Origin: Blastocystis sp. Blastoise | Taxonomy: Eukaryota > Protista > Bigyra: Opalinata | Length of the DNA stretch: 64,000 nt | Direction: 5' to 3' | Assembly: GCA_039096225.1 (NCBI GenBank) | Contig: JBBPEB010000017.1 | Coordinates: forward strand, 930,001 to 994,000 | In this document: positions 26,001 through 40,869 of the stretch, one piece after another | Layout of the letters: every line of letters starts with the position of its first letter | How positions within the stretch are numbered: position 1 is the first letter of the stretch | Position numbers and translations under genes: made by a program | Notes under the pieces: generated by a model | Databases searched by the model: none | Told to the model about the DNA's origin: nothing | What the model saw: only the letters and a program-made list of their open reading frames with translations

Positions 26001-27641
26001 TCAGTAGAAAAAGTGAAAGTACAAGTAACTTTATAATTATTAGATGAAGTTAAAGACTTTAAATAAATAAAAGGTTTATCATTTTGTTCATTAAATTTAG
26101 CTTTCCAAATATTATCAGCAACAGCAGTTTTATATACAGTAAAATCACTAATAGTAATACCACCAGAACCAAGTTGATAAGCAGAACCAAGAACAGGATA
26201 ATAAACATCTTTATGTTCACAACTAAATATTTGACCATTAATAAAATATTTCTTATTAGTACCTTCTTTAATATCAGAGAAATAAGTAAAACCAATATGA
26301 TTCCAAACATCAGCTACAGGAATAAAAGAAGAAACATCACAATCATCATAATAACCAGTATGAATATGAACAAAACCCATATCATCAATACTAATATAAA
26401 AATCATAATTATTAATATTTTCATAAGTATCTTTATCATTAGGTATAGCAAATAATATTTGAGGACGTTCTTCATCTATTTTAAACCAAAAAGAAATAGA
26501 AACTTCACCACCTTCAGCACCTTCAAATTTATTACTATGAATATCATAGAATTTTTCACCTACATATAATGGTTGATCGATAATATGAACACCTTCTTCA
26601 GTAGTTTCTAATAAAATAGAAGAATTAAGATGAGTTAAATCATCAGACATAAAGCTTTCATTAATATAACCATCAGTAACAAAAGGAATAAACATTTCAT
26701 AAGGTAAAGATAAATCATGAACAATAACTTCATTATTAGTATCAACAATAGAATCAGTAAGTAAAGTAATATTTAAAGGATTAGAACCTCTAGAAATCAT
26801 AATAGTATATTGAGAAACTTTTTCTTTATTATTATAATCATATTTTAATGTAGCACCATTACTTAATTGAAGCTTATTTTCATTTATTTTACATTCTACT
26901 AAAGAACAAGTAATATAAATAGGTATATTACTATAATAAGAAGCATCATTAGGTATAGTTATAGAAACATGAGATGAAGCAATAGAACATGAATTTGAAG
27001 TCATTTCTTCCCAACCATTATTACCACAATGTCTTTCAGCATAACCACTTTTACCAATACCACAAGATACAAAACGATTAAATCCTTTTTCAGTAACAGG
27101 CCAAAATAATCCATTTTGAGTTTTAGCTAAACAAGCATGATCCATAGAAAAAGCTTCAGTACCAGACCAAGTATGTTTGTCATCACAATACTTTACATAA
27201 TACTTATTCTCTTCTTGATCTTCAATAGTTATATAACTATTTACTTGAATCTTATTAAAAATATGACCATTATCTACTGTTTCATCACATGTATATAAAT
27301 GACAACCATTTTCTTCTTCTCCCCAAGTTGCTGGTTTCCCTTTTATACAAGAACGACTTCTTACACCATAATAATATTGAGAATCACCACAAGGTAATGT
27401 AGCTATATTATCTTGTTTCGTTCTTGGCCATTCACCCTCAGATGAACAATAATTTGATTCAACACCATTTGTTGTACTTGCTCTTGATACGACAGAATTC
27501 ATAGTGAGTTGGGCACCAGCTTCCTCAATCACACCAGAAGAAAGAGCATTAATTAGGCTTGCGTATAGAAAAATGACAAATATACCTATATATTAAGATA
27601 ATTAACTATGATTACGATATACTTTTTAAAAATAATGTCAT
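17051..27641 (-). CDS. Giant (~3500 aa) secreted Cys-rich protein: HRM-like repeats, LamG-like, Ig-like and WSC domains
   Basis: Signal peptide MTLFLKSIFVIFLYASLINALS is formed by exon 1 (ATG 27641) plus a 37-bp intron (27586-27622). About 12 repeats of C..WPxT..G..CP.G..G...R.C....W (family-2 GPCR hormone-receptor-domain pattern). LamG-like motifs: SISFWFK, WNHIGFTY, FINGQ. WSC: CKEYC...GNKCIC...CSKSCIGDNSQKCGG. No C-terminal TM. Confidence 0.85.
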
Positions 27642-28906
27642 ATTTATAGAAATGATAATTCTGAGAAAAAAATAAAATATGATATTTTTTTGCACTCATT
27701 TCTTTCTCTTTGGTAAAAAACTCCAATCCAATAAACAACCCTATATCTCCTCGTTTATCCTCGTTTATTTTGTAGACATATACTGCTTCATTGGCTTTTA
27801 ACCAATTAAAGTGGATATTTCTTCTTAGACAAATGAATATTTACAGATGAAACCAAATTAGCAATCATAATTTTTCTATTTGATTGGTGAAATAAAAACG
27901 TCCGGAATGATTGGCTACATTAAAACATTGTTTTCCTTGATTTTACATAGATTCTTCGCCTATTTTTTTTTGCCAAATTATTTTTCTTCGGTTTTTTAAG
28001 TATATACTAAAAAAAATAATAAAAAAATAGTCAGTTTCATCAGGAAAATTATTTTTATTAGTTGTGTTTAAAAATTTTAGTTTAAATAAATTTAGTAATA
28101 TGTTATATATATTATAAATCAACTTAATATCTGTCAAAGAAAAGAGTTATTTTTGTATACTACAACGAAAAAATTTGTCTTTTCTTTCAAATTTCCCATC
28201 ATAGTTGTGTGTCTAATCATTACTAAATTATTTAATAAATAGTAAGTATGCGATGTTTTTAGTAATTTAAAAACTAGATGTTGAACCAAAAATTATTGTT
28301 GTTCAGAGTTTTTAGAATAAAATCTCTTTTTAAATATGAATAATATGGAGATATGAGTCTACTAGGATGTATTCCAGAAGAGACAAATTCGGTTTTTGTT
28401 ACATATGTGTGGTAAAGAAGATTTGAAGAGGATGAAAAACCATTCTTTCTCTTCATAACGTTCTTTAAAGTGATTGGTATGTATAATAAATAAAAATAAA
28501 TTCTAATTATTTTCAACATTGTGAATTTCTTGTTTCATTATAAGTCTTTTAACTAAAGGTCATATAGAAAAAAATGTATTAAAATATTAAACTTCTTTTA
28601 TATTATTTATACGAAGAATAAACTTTTAAAAATTATGCTAAAAAAAATTTTTTTTGTTTATTAATTGTAGTAATAAATAGTTATTAAAAATTTATATATA
28701 ATTATATACAGAAACTTAATTATGAATTTAATTAAAAAGATAACAATTTTTATTGACAATAAGAGAAACAGAAAAAAAAATGATATACAAAAAATATTAA
28801 AAAAAAGATCATCATGACTAAGATAGAAAGAAAAAAGACAATTTACAAAATGATAATCCATACAAAAAAAATAATCACAACAAATCATTTATATGTATGA
28901 TTTTGA

Positions 28907-31900
28907 TTATTGTTGAAGTCCATCTAAGTAATAATAAAAGTAAATAAGTTATACTTTAAAGTAGAAGAAAATAAAAATTGAATTATAGTGAAAAAAAAAA
29001 TATATATATAACTATATATATGTAAATACTATAATAGGAGAGATTATTGACAGCATTATCGACAGCAGCTTGAACTCCAGGAACATTAATATATTGTTTT
29101 TCAAGGGAAATAAGAGAATTCATTCCATTATTATTGGTCCAACTAGCATTATAAGGATCAATTTCTGCAATCTTAATGTAAATAGCTAATAAATTGAGGG
29201 ATATATCTTGATTATTTATATATAGAGGAGACGAGAAGATAACAACATCCAATAATCCACTAGAAAGTAAAGAAGGAACTATTTCATCTATATAACAATA
29301 GAAACGTAATAATAATAATAAAATAATAAAATAAAAACAAAATAATAATAAAATAATAAAAGAATAAAAGAATAATAAAACTATAAAAATAAAATAATAA
29401 TAAAATAATAAAAGAATAAAAGAATAATAAAACTATAAAAATAAAATAATAATAAAAGAATAATAAAAGAATAATAAAATTATAAAAATAAAAGAATAAA
29501 CCCAAAATAATAATAAAATAATAATAAAAAAATAATAAAATAATAATAAAATAATAATAAAATAATAATAAAATAATGTATAAAAAATACCATAAGCGCA
29601 AGCAAATTTGATAAAAATAGTGAATTGATTTACAATATCTTCGTAGAGTAAGCTGCTACTTTTCAAATAATTCATAATAAAAGTGAAAATACCAGCAGAA
29701 ACAAAGCTATCTAAACATGTGAAATCAGTACAACACTTTTGTAAAACAAAAATAATATTAACAACAGTATTATAAGCAGTAGTACTTGTTTCAATACTTG
29801 GCATATTACTAATTAAATAGCATTTCATATTTTCAGCAAATCTCATTTCAGTAATATCTTTAATAGTAGCTTTAGTATCTATAATTAAATTCAGCACTGT
29901 AAATCCTTGTTCAGCTACTATAGGATCCACTGCCTTAGAAGCAAGTATAGATAATAAATAATGAGAAAATCCTTGTTTAGCAACACCTTTAAGAGCATCA
30001 GCATTTTGAAGTAAATAAGAATAAGAAGTAAATGTATATTTTTGAATAATCTTATCGCTACGATTACTTTGGAATGATTGATATATACATTGATATATAC
30101 TATTCTTCATAAAAGCATCTACATTCTTTTCATCTATATATATAAATATATATATATATAATATATATATAAGATATATATATATACATAAATACATAAA
30201 TAAATAAATATATACATAAAGGTGATAATTTAGCAAGGAACATAAGAGCTTGTCTTTGAAGAGGTAAATCTTTTTCAAATAAATTCATAGAATTACGAAT
30301 ATATACTAAAATACCCTTAGTAATTAATCTTTGTAATTCACTTTCTATATATATATATATATAAGATATATATAAATAATATTAACAAATTCTAATTGAA
30401 AAATATTTAAAATTAATACTACTAATAAATTGTAATAATATATATATATATATATATATATACCTTGATTCTTAACATTCTTTAATAATCGTTTCATAAT
30501 ATTTGTTTGTGCAGAAACATCTAAAATAGAATAAATAAGAGAATAGAATAATCCATCAATGCCTCCTTCTCGTTCAATCATATCTAATGCAAATATATCA
30601 AAATGAATAAATTTACCAACATAATCTTGAATTGCCTTATCTAAATTAATATTCATATTTAAGAAAATACGAATATTTTGTTCATTTCTAGCAATTCCAC
30701 GGGGATCAATAGAATCTTCTAATAATTTAATCTTATTGGTTAATAATTCGATTTCTAAACATTTCTCCTTTAAACTATGTTGTAATTCATGAACATCAAT
30801 AGGTACCTCTCTATATATAAATGTATATTTATTTATATGTAAAATAATAATAAATATAATTATGAATACTAATAATAATAATAACATATATATATAATTA
30901 TTAAATATAGCATACACTTGTTCTTTGTTTAATAGATATTCATATTTTCCTTGTAATGTTTTATATTTAATATCATCTTCTCCTATTTGTCTATTTAAAT
31001 CAGTTATGTCAATCTTCAACTTTTGTATTTCTCCATCTAATTCTATATTCTTATTTCTTAAGTCTTTCTCTCTTTCAATACATTTATCATGATTATTATT
31101 TGAATCATTTGAAGAATTAGTATTAGATTGAGAGGAAATACTATTCTTTAAAGATGTATATAATGCTATCTGTTTATTTATTTGTTGTTTATATAAATCA
31201 TCTTTACTTAATAATTGTTGTTGAAGTGAACTATATATATATATATATATATAGTTATTGATTTTATAAAAATATAATACTTATTTAATATATATATGTA
31301 AACTTAAACATAAATAATTGAATAAATAAATTATATATATATATATATACTTATTTTCTTGTACAAGTTGATTAACTCTATTTTGATATTGTTCTAAAGT
31401 CATTTGTTCACTACCACTTCCTACACGAACAGTCTTTGCCTTTAATTCATTGATAATAACAGTATTCTTATCAATTGTCTCCTGATACTTCTTTTTCTCT
31501 TCTTCAAATGAGTTTTCTAAAACACTGAATTTATTCTTTTCATCTTCTAAAGATGTTTCTAATAATCTATATATAAATATATATATAATGATTAATAAAT
31601 AATAAACAAGAAAAAATAAAAAAAATAAATAATAATCAATAAAAAAATAAAAAATAAATAATAAAAAATAAATAATAATAAAAAAAAAAAAATAAACAAT
31701 AAATAATAAACAATAAACAATAAATAAAAAATAAATAAAAAATCTTTCATACTTAATTTTTTCTTTTAATAAATCGACTTCTTTAACATCAATTCCTTTA
31801 TTATTTTGAAGATCTTTAACTTGATCTATCATACTATTCTTATATTCTTCATATTCTTTCTTAATATCTTCATATTGTTTTAATAGAATATCTTTTTCTT

Positions 31901-34515
31901 TTTGTAAATTCTCTATATCATTTCCTCTTGCTTCTTGTAATATACTAACTTCTTGTCCTTTACGTTCCATTTGATTCTCTAAACTAGTCTTCTCAGTATT
32001 TAATATATTTATTTTATTAGTATATTCTTGAATACTGACATCTTTTTGATTTAATGCCGTTTCTAGAGAAGAAATTTTCGATTCATAATTAACTTTTATA
32101 CTATCAAATTCTTTTTCCTTTAATTCTACAGCTAATTGTTTTTCATTATCAATATTACCAATACGATTCTTCATATTTTCAATATGAGATTCTAATTCTT
32201 TTAAAGTATTTAAATAACTCATAATATCTTCTTTTTGAGATAATATTATACCTTCTTTCTCACTTAACTGAATACTACATTTTTCTAACTCTCCTTTCTT
32301 ATCAGCTATTTCTTTATTTAAAGATCTATATATATATATTTGTTTATTGTATTATTATGGAAAAAAAAAACAAAATAATAATAATAATAATAATAATAAT
32401 TACTGTAATTTCTCTGTCATCATAGATTCAGCAGATTCATTTTCTTCTTTTTGTTGAATAATCATTTGTTTATATTGTTCATTTGTAGCTTTCAATTGAA
32501 CGTTATCCTTTTCTAATTCTACTAATTTCTTACGATCATCAGTCTAAATATATTGGTATTTTTATTAAAATAATAATAATAATAAATATAATAATAATAA
32601 TAAATATAATAATAATAATAAATATAATAATAAATATAATAATAATAAATATAATAATAATAAATATAGTAATAATAAATATAATAATAATAAATATGAT
32701 AATAATAAATATAATAATAAATATAATAATAATAAATATAATAATAAATATAATAATAATATAAATATAATAAACATACCATAGAATCATACATATCTTC
32801 AATATATGCAATACCTCTATTTAATAATAATTTACGTATTTTAGCTCTATAAAGTTTTTCATTCTTTGTCAGTTCACTGATAGTATCTGTCGCTTTCGCT
32901 AATTCATTAGAAAGACGGTCATTATCATTCTTTAAATTAGATGTAGATACTAAAGATTAAATAAAATAGATATATATTTAATACGATATATAAAAAAATA
33001 AATAGTTGTATGAAATAATATAATCATTAAAATTAGCAATAATACTAATAATAATAATAAAAAAATATTTTAAATTATATAAATACATTGAGTTTCATAA
33101 GTATTAATAGTTTCATCTTTTTCTTGAATAGCAATTTCCTGTTCAGTATTTTGTTTCTTTAGTATTTCTAATTGTTCACTAAGCATTTCTACTTGACGTT
33201 CTAAAGCGAAATTACCTAATTCTTCTTGTTTTGTTCCTTGAGGAATTTCTTCAACTTCTTTTCCTTCAGAATCATATCTCTCTAAATGTTCACGATATGT
33301 AAATAAACGTTGTTCCTGTTGCTTTAAATAACCTTTTAAATCTTCAAGAATCATAGTATCTCTTTGTATATTATTAATTGAAGTACTATATTGACTGATT
33401 TCTTTATTAATTGATTCTATATCTTTAGCCATCGAATCTAATTTCTCTAAATGTTCCTTAATATCAATATCATCATAATGATCTTCAAAATCTAATAATA
33501 ATTGACTCATCATATCTAAAGTATCATCTTTCTTCTTTAATAACCCATTAATAGATTTATTTATATCTAATAATTTATTATCATTCTGTATTACTACAGT
33601 CGATAATTCTTGAGATAAACCACGGGAAAAATGTATTGTACGATCTTGCTCTGTTATACGATTCCAAAAGGCCTTATCATCATATCTTTATATAGCATAT
33701 AATATAAGGATATAATAAGATGATTCATGAATTAATAATATTAATATTATTATTCTATATATCTATACCTTAATTCACATTCAATATCTTGAAGACAACC
33801 TTTTGTCTTTTCTATATATTGACGTATACTTAAATTACTCTTTTCTATTACTGATACCATCTTTTGCATCATTTTCTCATAATCAGCAGAATAATCAATA
33901 TCTTTCCATATCTTGTTTTGTAATTCAGATTTCTCTCTATATAATAAAGTTATTCAAGATAAAATTTTAATTTAAATAATATTATAAATAATATAAATAA
34001 TATAAATAATATAAATAATATAATAATGATTAATATAATAATGATTAATATAATAAATAATATAAATAAAAAATAAAAAAAAAAAAAAATGAATATACTT
34101 TGTCAGATTCCAATATTTAGACTCTAAGATCTTATTAAATTGTTTTAGATTTGTTACTTCATCACTTTGGTTTTCATAGAGATCAGCAAGTGGATATAAA
34201 AAAGCTCCAGTTCCTTGTAAAATAGCTGGAACATTTGGCTTATGTAAAGATACAGAATCTTCAGTTTGTGGATTAGAAGCATCACTGATTTTTTCAGCAA
34301 CATCAGGATTCTTTTGTAGTTGAACCATTCTTTCGTAACTAGCTACGAGTTTAATAATTACATCCTTCTGAAATGAACTAAAGAATATTATAAAATAAGA
34401 CACTGGTGAAAACATACCCTTGATTGGCTACAGCAGCCGAAACACCTATGCAGAATAACACACAATATTGTAACTAAAATAACATACGAGGATCATCAAA
34501 TTCTCCTTGACTCAT
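28907..34515 (-). CDS. Multi-exon long coiled-coil protein with C-terminal helical (ARM-like) region
   Basis: Chain of GT-AG exons from ATG 34515 (MSQGEFDDP). E/K/Q-rich heptad exons at 33070-33690 and 31350-32540. Helical C-terminal exons at 29000-30810. Stop at 28907. Confidence 0.7.
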
Positions 34516-34757
34516 ACTATATTTAAAGCTGAAAATTAATATGAATTCTCTGTACAATAGTTTATTGCTGTTTTCATCGTTTCTTTGCTGAAATTTTATC
34601 AGTTCCTTTTTTAGGTTTAGATTTCTTGGAATTACAGAAAACAATTTGTCTTAAATATAATTCAGTATTAATTGACATTTTTCTTTTTGTTTGATTTATT
34701 TCCTAGGGAATAATAGAGTTTTGTTTTATTCAATAGTTTTTTTTAATTATTTGAAGA

Positions 34758-35855
34758 ATGAGTAAGCGTTCATCAGATGATTATGAACGTGGCCAAGTAT
34801 GCATTGTATTCTTGATATCAATTCATCTGATATAGTATGATCCAACCAAAATGTCTAAAGATGATTGGAAAAAATTGAAGAAGGAAGCTATGTTTGGGTA
34901 TGTATTATGAGATACGCATTGAATTATTTGCGAATACTATAGATACACTAACGAAGATAATCCTTTTGGAGATCCAGATTTAGATCAACCTTTTCAATGG
35001 ACTAAGAAAAATGGTTCTAAGTATGAGAACCCAGAGTCAAAACAAGAATTGATGTTGAAACGATTGGAAAAAGCTGAGGAGATTCGAAAAGCGAAAGAGC
35101 GTCGTCTTCAAAATGAAATAGAAAAACGTGATCGTGAATTATTACATGAAGAACAAAAAAGATTAGAGGAACAAGACAAAATGAGTATTTTTTTAAAATT
35201 TTTTTTTATGTTTTATTTTTATTTTGCTATATATATATTATTATTATATTATTTTTTTATTATTTTATTTTTAGCTGATTTAATAAAACAAGATGAAGAT
35301 TTTAATAAAACACAAACATTAACTCGTTGTCGTGTTCGAATTCAAGTATTATATTATTATTATTTTATTATTATTATTTTTTTTATTTATTTAAGATTTA
35401 TCTAATATTTTGAATTTATAATAATAAATATATATAGAATTCAAGAGAGAAGCCAATTGATTTTATTATGAAGAATGTTCTTTTGTTGCCAGTAAGTTAT
35501 ACTATATATATATGATCATTATTATTTAGGTTATCTTTTTATTATATATTATCATTAAAAATATATAATAATAAGAATTATTTAATTTATGTAAAGAATC
35601 ATTATTATATACTTTATAGGAAATAAATAAGCCATTAAATGATTTTGATAATAGTGTTCTATCGAATACTCTTCCCCCTGAGTCACGTGATGCCTCTCAG
35701 ATTATTGATACACTTAGTGTTGCCGAAAAGAGTGAATTAGTCGCGGATATTCAGATATTTGAAGAGTTACCTGTATTAGAATCCATAAAAGGATATTTAG
35801 AAGTATATAAAAGACTTTATTTCTCTTTATTTTATATTGTTTTACTATATTTTAA

Positions 35856-35893
<38 letters not shown>

Positions 35894-37573
35894 ATTCATG
35901 ATTATATTGATATGTGTTTAAATAAGAATGATGATGATACTATCCAAGAAAATGTTCAAGAAGATATAGATAGTTTATTTGAAGGTAAGAATTATGAAGA
36001 ATTAAAAGAATTACAAGAAACAATAAAAGGACAATTAGAAGAAGGAGAAGGTATATTATTAATTTTATTATTATTATATATTGTTATATTTATTATTATT
36101 ATATATGATTTTTTTTATTATTCTTTTTATTCTTTTTATTATTATTATATATTGTTATTTTTATCATTCTTTTTATTTTTTTTTATTATTATTCTTTTTA
36201 TTCTTTTTATTATTATTATTATTATTATAATTTATATAGGTATGGATACTGCTTATTGGAGTAGTGTATATGTTCGTTTAAATCGATATATGTGTGTAAG
36301 TCTATTGAAACAAAAAAATATGGAATATATTAATCAAAGACATAATTGTTGGAAAGATGCTCCTATACAACAAAATACTATACAAAAAGAAAGCCATACG
36401 AGTGTTCCTTCTATTCAAAAACCTGTTTTCCCCGTGATTACATTGGATATGGCTCAAGATGATCTCTATAGTCCTCCTCCTCTTACAGAAAATAGTACTA
36501 CAATGACATATATACATATAAAAGAAAAAGAAGATTTAGAAAAAAGAAAAGAATATCGAAAGAAAGTCATGGCTGAAGAAATTGATAATATAATCACGAA
36601 TATTCTAATTACTAGTAAGAACTACATGCAATTAGATACTTATGGTGATTATGATGAAGAAACTCTGTATATCATTTTATTATTATTTATTTTATTATTA
36701 TAAAATTTTAGTATTATATATTTTTATCATTATTTATTTTAGTATTATATATTTTTATTATTATTTATTTTATTATTATATATTTTATTATTATTATATA
36801 TTTTTATTATTATATATTTTTATTATTATATATTATTAATATTATATATTATTAATATTATCTATTTTTATTATTATAAAATTTTATTATATATAATTAT
36901 ATATATAGCTATAAATCGGAAGCTTCAAAGGGAATGGATGAAAATGAAGCTCAAATGAAAGATGAAGTATATATTTATTTATTATGTAGATTAATATTGT
37001 ATAAAAAATAAGTTAAATAATCATAATTATAATAATATAGTATATGCTTCCACGTACTTTATATGCTTGGGAAGATAAATATAAGCCTCGTAAGCCTAAA
37101 TACTTTAATAGAGTAAAGACAGGTTATGATTGGAATAAATATAATCAGAAACATTATGATCCTGATAATCCACCTCCAAAATCTATTCAAGGATATCGTT
37201 TCAATATCTTTTATCCGGATCTTATTAATAAGAATAAAGCACCTCAATTCTATCTTGAACCAGCTAACGAAGAAGGATTTTGTGTTATTCGATTCCATGC
37301 TGGACCTCCTTATGAAGATATTGCTTTTAAAGTATTTATTTATTTTATTTTTATTTTAAATTTTATTTATTTTTATTTTAAAACTAATTTTTTTTATTAA
37401 TACTCTCAATTTCTTTATTTCTCTATATATATCTCATTATTTCTATATCATTTTTTTTTTAGATTAAAAATCGTGAATGGGAAAAAGGTCGTAATCGTGG
37501 CTTTAAATGTATTTTTGAAAAAGGAATCATGCATCTTCATTTCGATTATAAACGATTTACATACAGAAGATAA
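34758..37573 (+). CDS. CACTIN: Cactin (spliceosome-associated), multi-exon
   Basis: N-terminal motif GYTNEDNPFGDPDL. C-terminal YAWEDKYKPRKPKYFNRVKTGYDWNKYNQKHYDPDNPPPK...FHAGPPYEDIAFK...HFDYKRFTYRR*. Confidence 0.95.
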
Positions 37574-38003
37574 TCACTTTATCAAAAAAATAATATTTTT
37601 AATATTTATTTGTTCATTCTTTTTGTTTTTTTTTATTTAAAATTATTTTATTTTAATAATTCTTATATAGACTGATCATTCATTAGATATTCCTTTCATA
37701 TTTATATCATTTTAATACATAATATACCAACAAATTAATACATCACAATGCTTTTCATATATCGATATAATTACTGATCATATGAATGTTAGTAAAGCAC
37801 AGATTCATAGAAAAAAGATTAATTTATGTAAAATATAAAGAAAAAATACAGACAAATAAAAAAATATTCAGCCACTTTCAGTGCTAAATAGAAAATTTTT
37901 CACTATTTCCTCAACATTCTTTTGTTTCCAAAAAAAATTTCTATGAAAATTGTTTTATTGTTTAAAACAGCATTTATTTTTATTTATTATTTAAAAATTT
38001 ATA

Positions 38004-39530
38004 ATGATTCATTCAACGAAATTGATTCAAAAATGTTTTGCTAGATCTATAGTGTCCGTTAAACCTGTCATTCCTCCATTGAGTCAACCTTTAGAAGGAA
38101 TGCCTGTATTAAAGCCATTAAAACAGAAAATTGCTCCAAAAGTTGAAATGACTACTTTAGAGAATGGATTAAGAATCATCACTAAAGATGACTTTGATAT
38201 CGTAAGTTATATTTATGATTTTAATAACGATTTATTTTATTTAAAAAGAAAATGAAAGTGTTCTTTATTTATATGTATATATTATTTCTATATAATATAT
38301 TAGGTAAGTTCTGTAGGTGTTGCTTTGAATATTGGTAGTGGCCAAGAAAAAAGTAATTTATATTAATGATTAAAAAAGAATAAAAATCAATAAATAATAT
38401 AGGAAATGAATATGGTTGTACTCAACTTTTAGAAAAGATGTTATTTAAACAGACTGAACATACTTCTCAAGAACAGATGACAAAGTAAATAAATATATAT
38501 ATATTTATATAAAGATGTATTTAACTTTAAAATAGACGTGTTAATGAAGTAGGTACTAATTGTAGTGCCTTTGTAGGTAGAGATACATTTACCTATACTA
38601 TTAGTACTCCTCGAGATAAAGTGAAAGATATGGTTTCTATACTTAAAGAATGTATAGAAGAACCTGTTTTTGACCAAGAATCTATTCGAAATACTAAGGT
38701 ATATAATTCTTTATATATATATATAATATTTGTTTTTTTAAATAGAATTTAATTTATAAATTATTAACTTATATTCAACTATTATTATAGGATATTTTTA
38801 CATTAGAAAATCAAACTTTATATTTAAATAAAACATTTGACTTATTTATTTCCGATGTATATATTTAATATATTTATGTTTTATTTTTTGTCTATATATG
38901 ATTATTATTTTTTTTTTTATTGTATTTTCTTCCCATAAATATATTTATTATATTTTTTTATTTTTTCACATAAATATATTTAATATATTTATGTTTTATT
39001 TTTTTGTCTATATATAATTATTATTTTTTTTATTGTATTTTCTTCCCATAAATATATTTATATTTTTTTTTTATTTTTTCACATAAATATATTTATTATA
39101 TTTTTTTTTTTGCCTATATATACATATATATATAATAGGCTACATTTGCTTCAATGTATGGTATTAATTCTCCATATGGACATAAATTAAGACAATCCCC
39201 TGAGATTCTTAGTAGCATTTCTTCAAATACACTTACTAGCTTCTATAAAAGTAATATTTCTTATCAAAATCTTGTTTTCTGTGCAACAGGTATATATAGG
39301 ATTACATATTATTATTATTTGATTTCTTTTGAATTTTTTTTTAACTATTTATATTCATTTATTATATATATATAGATATATATTATATTTTATTATAGGA
39401 GTTGATCATGATTCTTTTGTTGGTTATATAAAAGAGAATATGCCAAAGTTACCTAATAGACCTTACTATATTCCTCCTGCAAAGTCACTTCTGTATATTA
39501 TTATTATACATGTTATAGTTATAAAGAGTT

Positions 39531-39572
<42 letters not shown>

Positions 39573-40346
39573 TGCCAGGAGGTGGTTATTATTGTGAGGA
39601 TAAAGAGACAGAGTATGTACATATAGGGGTGACTTTCAATACTGGAGGTTGGGACAGCAAAGGTATTCTATTTATTATTACATTTATTATTCTATTTATT
39701 GTTTTATTATTATTCTATTTATTATTCTATTTATTATTCTATTTATTATTCTATTTATTATTATTATATAGATATATTTACGGTAATGCTACTTCAGACT
39801 CTTCTCGGTGGTGGTAGCGCCTTTTCTTCTGGCGGTCCCGGTAAAGGAATTTTTAGTAAACTTTATGTTAATGTATTATGCAGATATAGTTTTGTTGAAA
39901 GTGCTCAGTGCTATGTTACTCCTCTTCCTACTTCAGGTTGTACAAGTGTTGTTATTCAAGTTCCTCCTCAATATGCTAGTTCTGGAACTCAAATTATATG
40001 TAATGAAATACATAAATTAGCTTTTGGTGATATATCAAATGAAGAGCTAGAACGTGCAAAGAATCGATCTATTGCTCTTCAATTTATGAATACAGAATCA
40101 AGACAAATTCTTTGTGAAGATATGGCTAGACAAGGTCTTATATATAATGAATATAAAAATGATGATGTTGTCATTGATTCGTTTAAAAAAGTAACAAAAG
40201 ATGACATTGTACGTCTTATTCGTAGTTCTCTTTCAAAACCTGTTGGTGTAAGTGCCTTTGGACCGTCGGTAGGTGGATCTAAATCATGTGTTCCTCCTTT
40301 TGAACAAGTTCAACAATACATGAAAAAAGATAATTGGAAAATTTAA
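38004..40346 (+). CDS. PMPCA: Mitochondrial processing peptidase alpha subunit (M16), multi-exon
   Basis: Presequence-like N-terminus, TTLENGLRI, the alpha-MPP glycine-rich loop LLGGGSAFSSGGPGKGIFSKLY and ELERAKN..ESRQILCEDMARQ. HxxEH is absent (QLLEK). Confidence 0.92.
38858..39110 (+). repeat. Tandem duplication (~115-bp unit) inside an alpha-MPP intron
   Basis: ATATATTTAATATATTTATGTTTTATTTTTTGTCTATATA...TTCTTCCCATAAAT...TTCACATAA occurs twice, followed by a partial third copy. Confidence 0.75.
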
Positions 40347-40869
40347 TTTTTTTTTTATTTATATAACTTATTTTAATTATTATTACTAATGAGCAACTTT
40401 TGATTTAAAGAAAGATTTAGTAAATTTATTTATTTTTTAAACTTTTCAACATGATTCCACTCATTTTATTAATATATATGATATTGCATATTCTAACAAT
40501 TTTTTAAATAATCATATTTGTTTGGTTATGAATTATTTTATGCTTTTAAGATTATTTTTTTCAATTTGTCGACTAATTGTTTAAAAAAAACATTTAAATT
40601 GTATTTATTTCAATTCTAAATAGTCTTTAATATAAAATGAAATAGAAACATATGACAAAAAAGTAATTAAAAATTATGATGATTAATAGTTTATGTGTTT
40701 ACTATATGATATTTGCCAGAATTAGTATAAATATTGAAATGTATTCACAAATTGTTTTTAAAAAGAAATTTTCATCTATTTTTTTAAGCATACTACACTT
40801 TATTCGAATAATAAATAATTTAAGATCATGTTGTTTTTTTTTTTAAATTTTCGAATTACTCCTTTTTTT

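Noticed and set aside
28274-28519. 81-aa ORF in slightly GC-richer intergenic DNA
   Set aside because: No recognisable domain or splice context.
29284-36839. Apparent hydrophobic TM segments (I/Y/F/L runs) inside the coiled-coil and cactin ORFs
   Set aside because: They are stop-free read-through of TTA/TAT-rich introns bounded by GT..AG.
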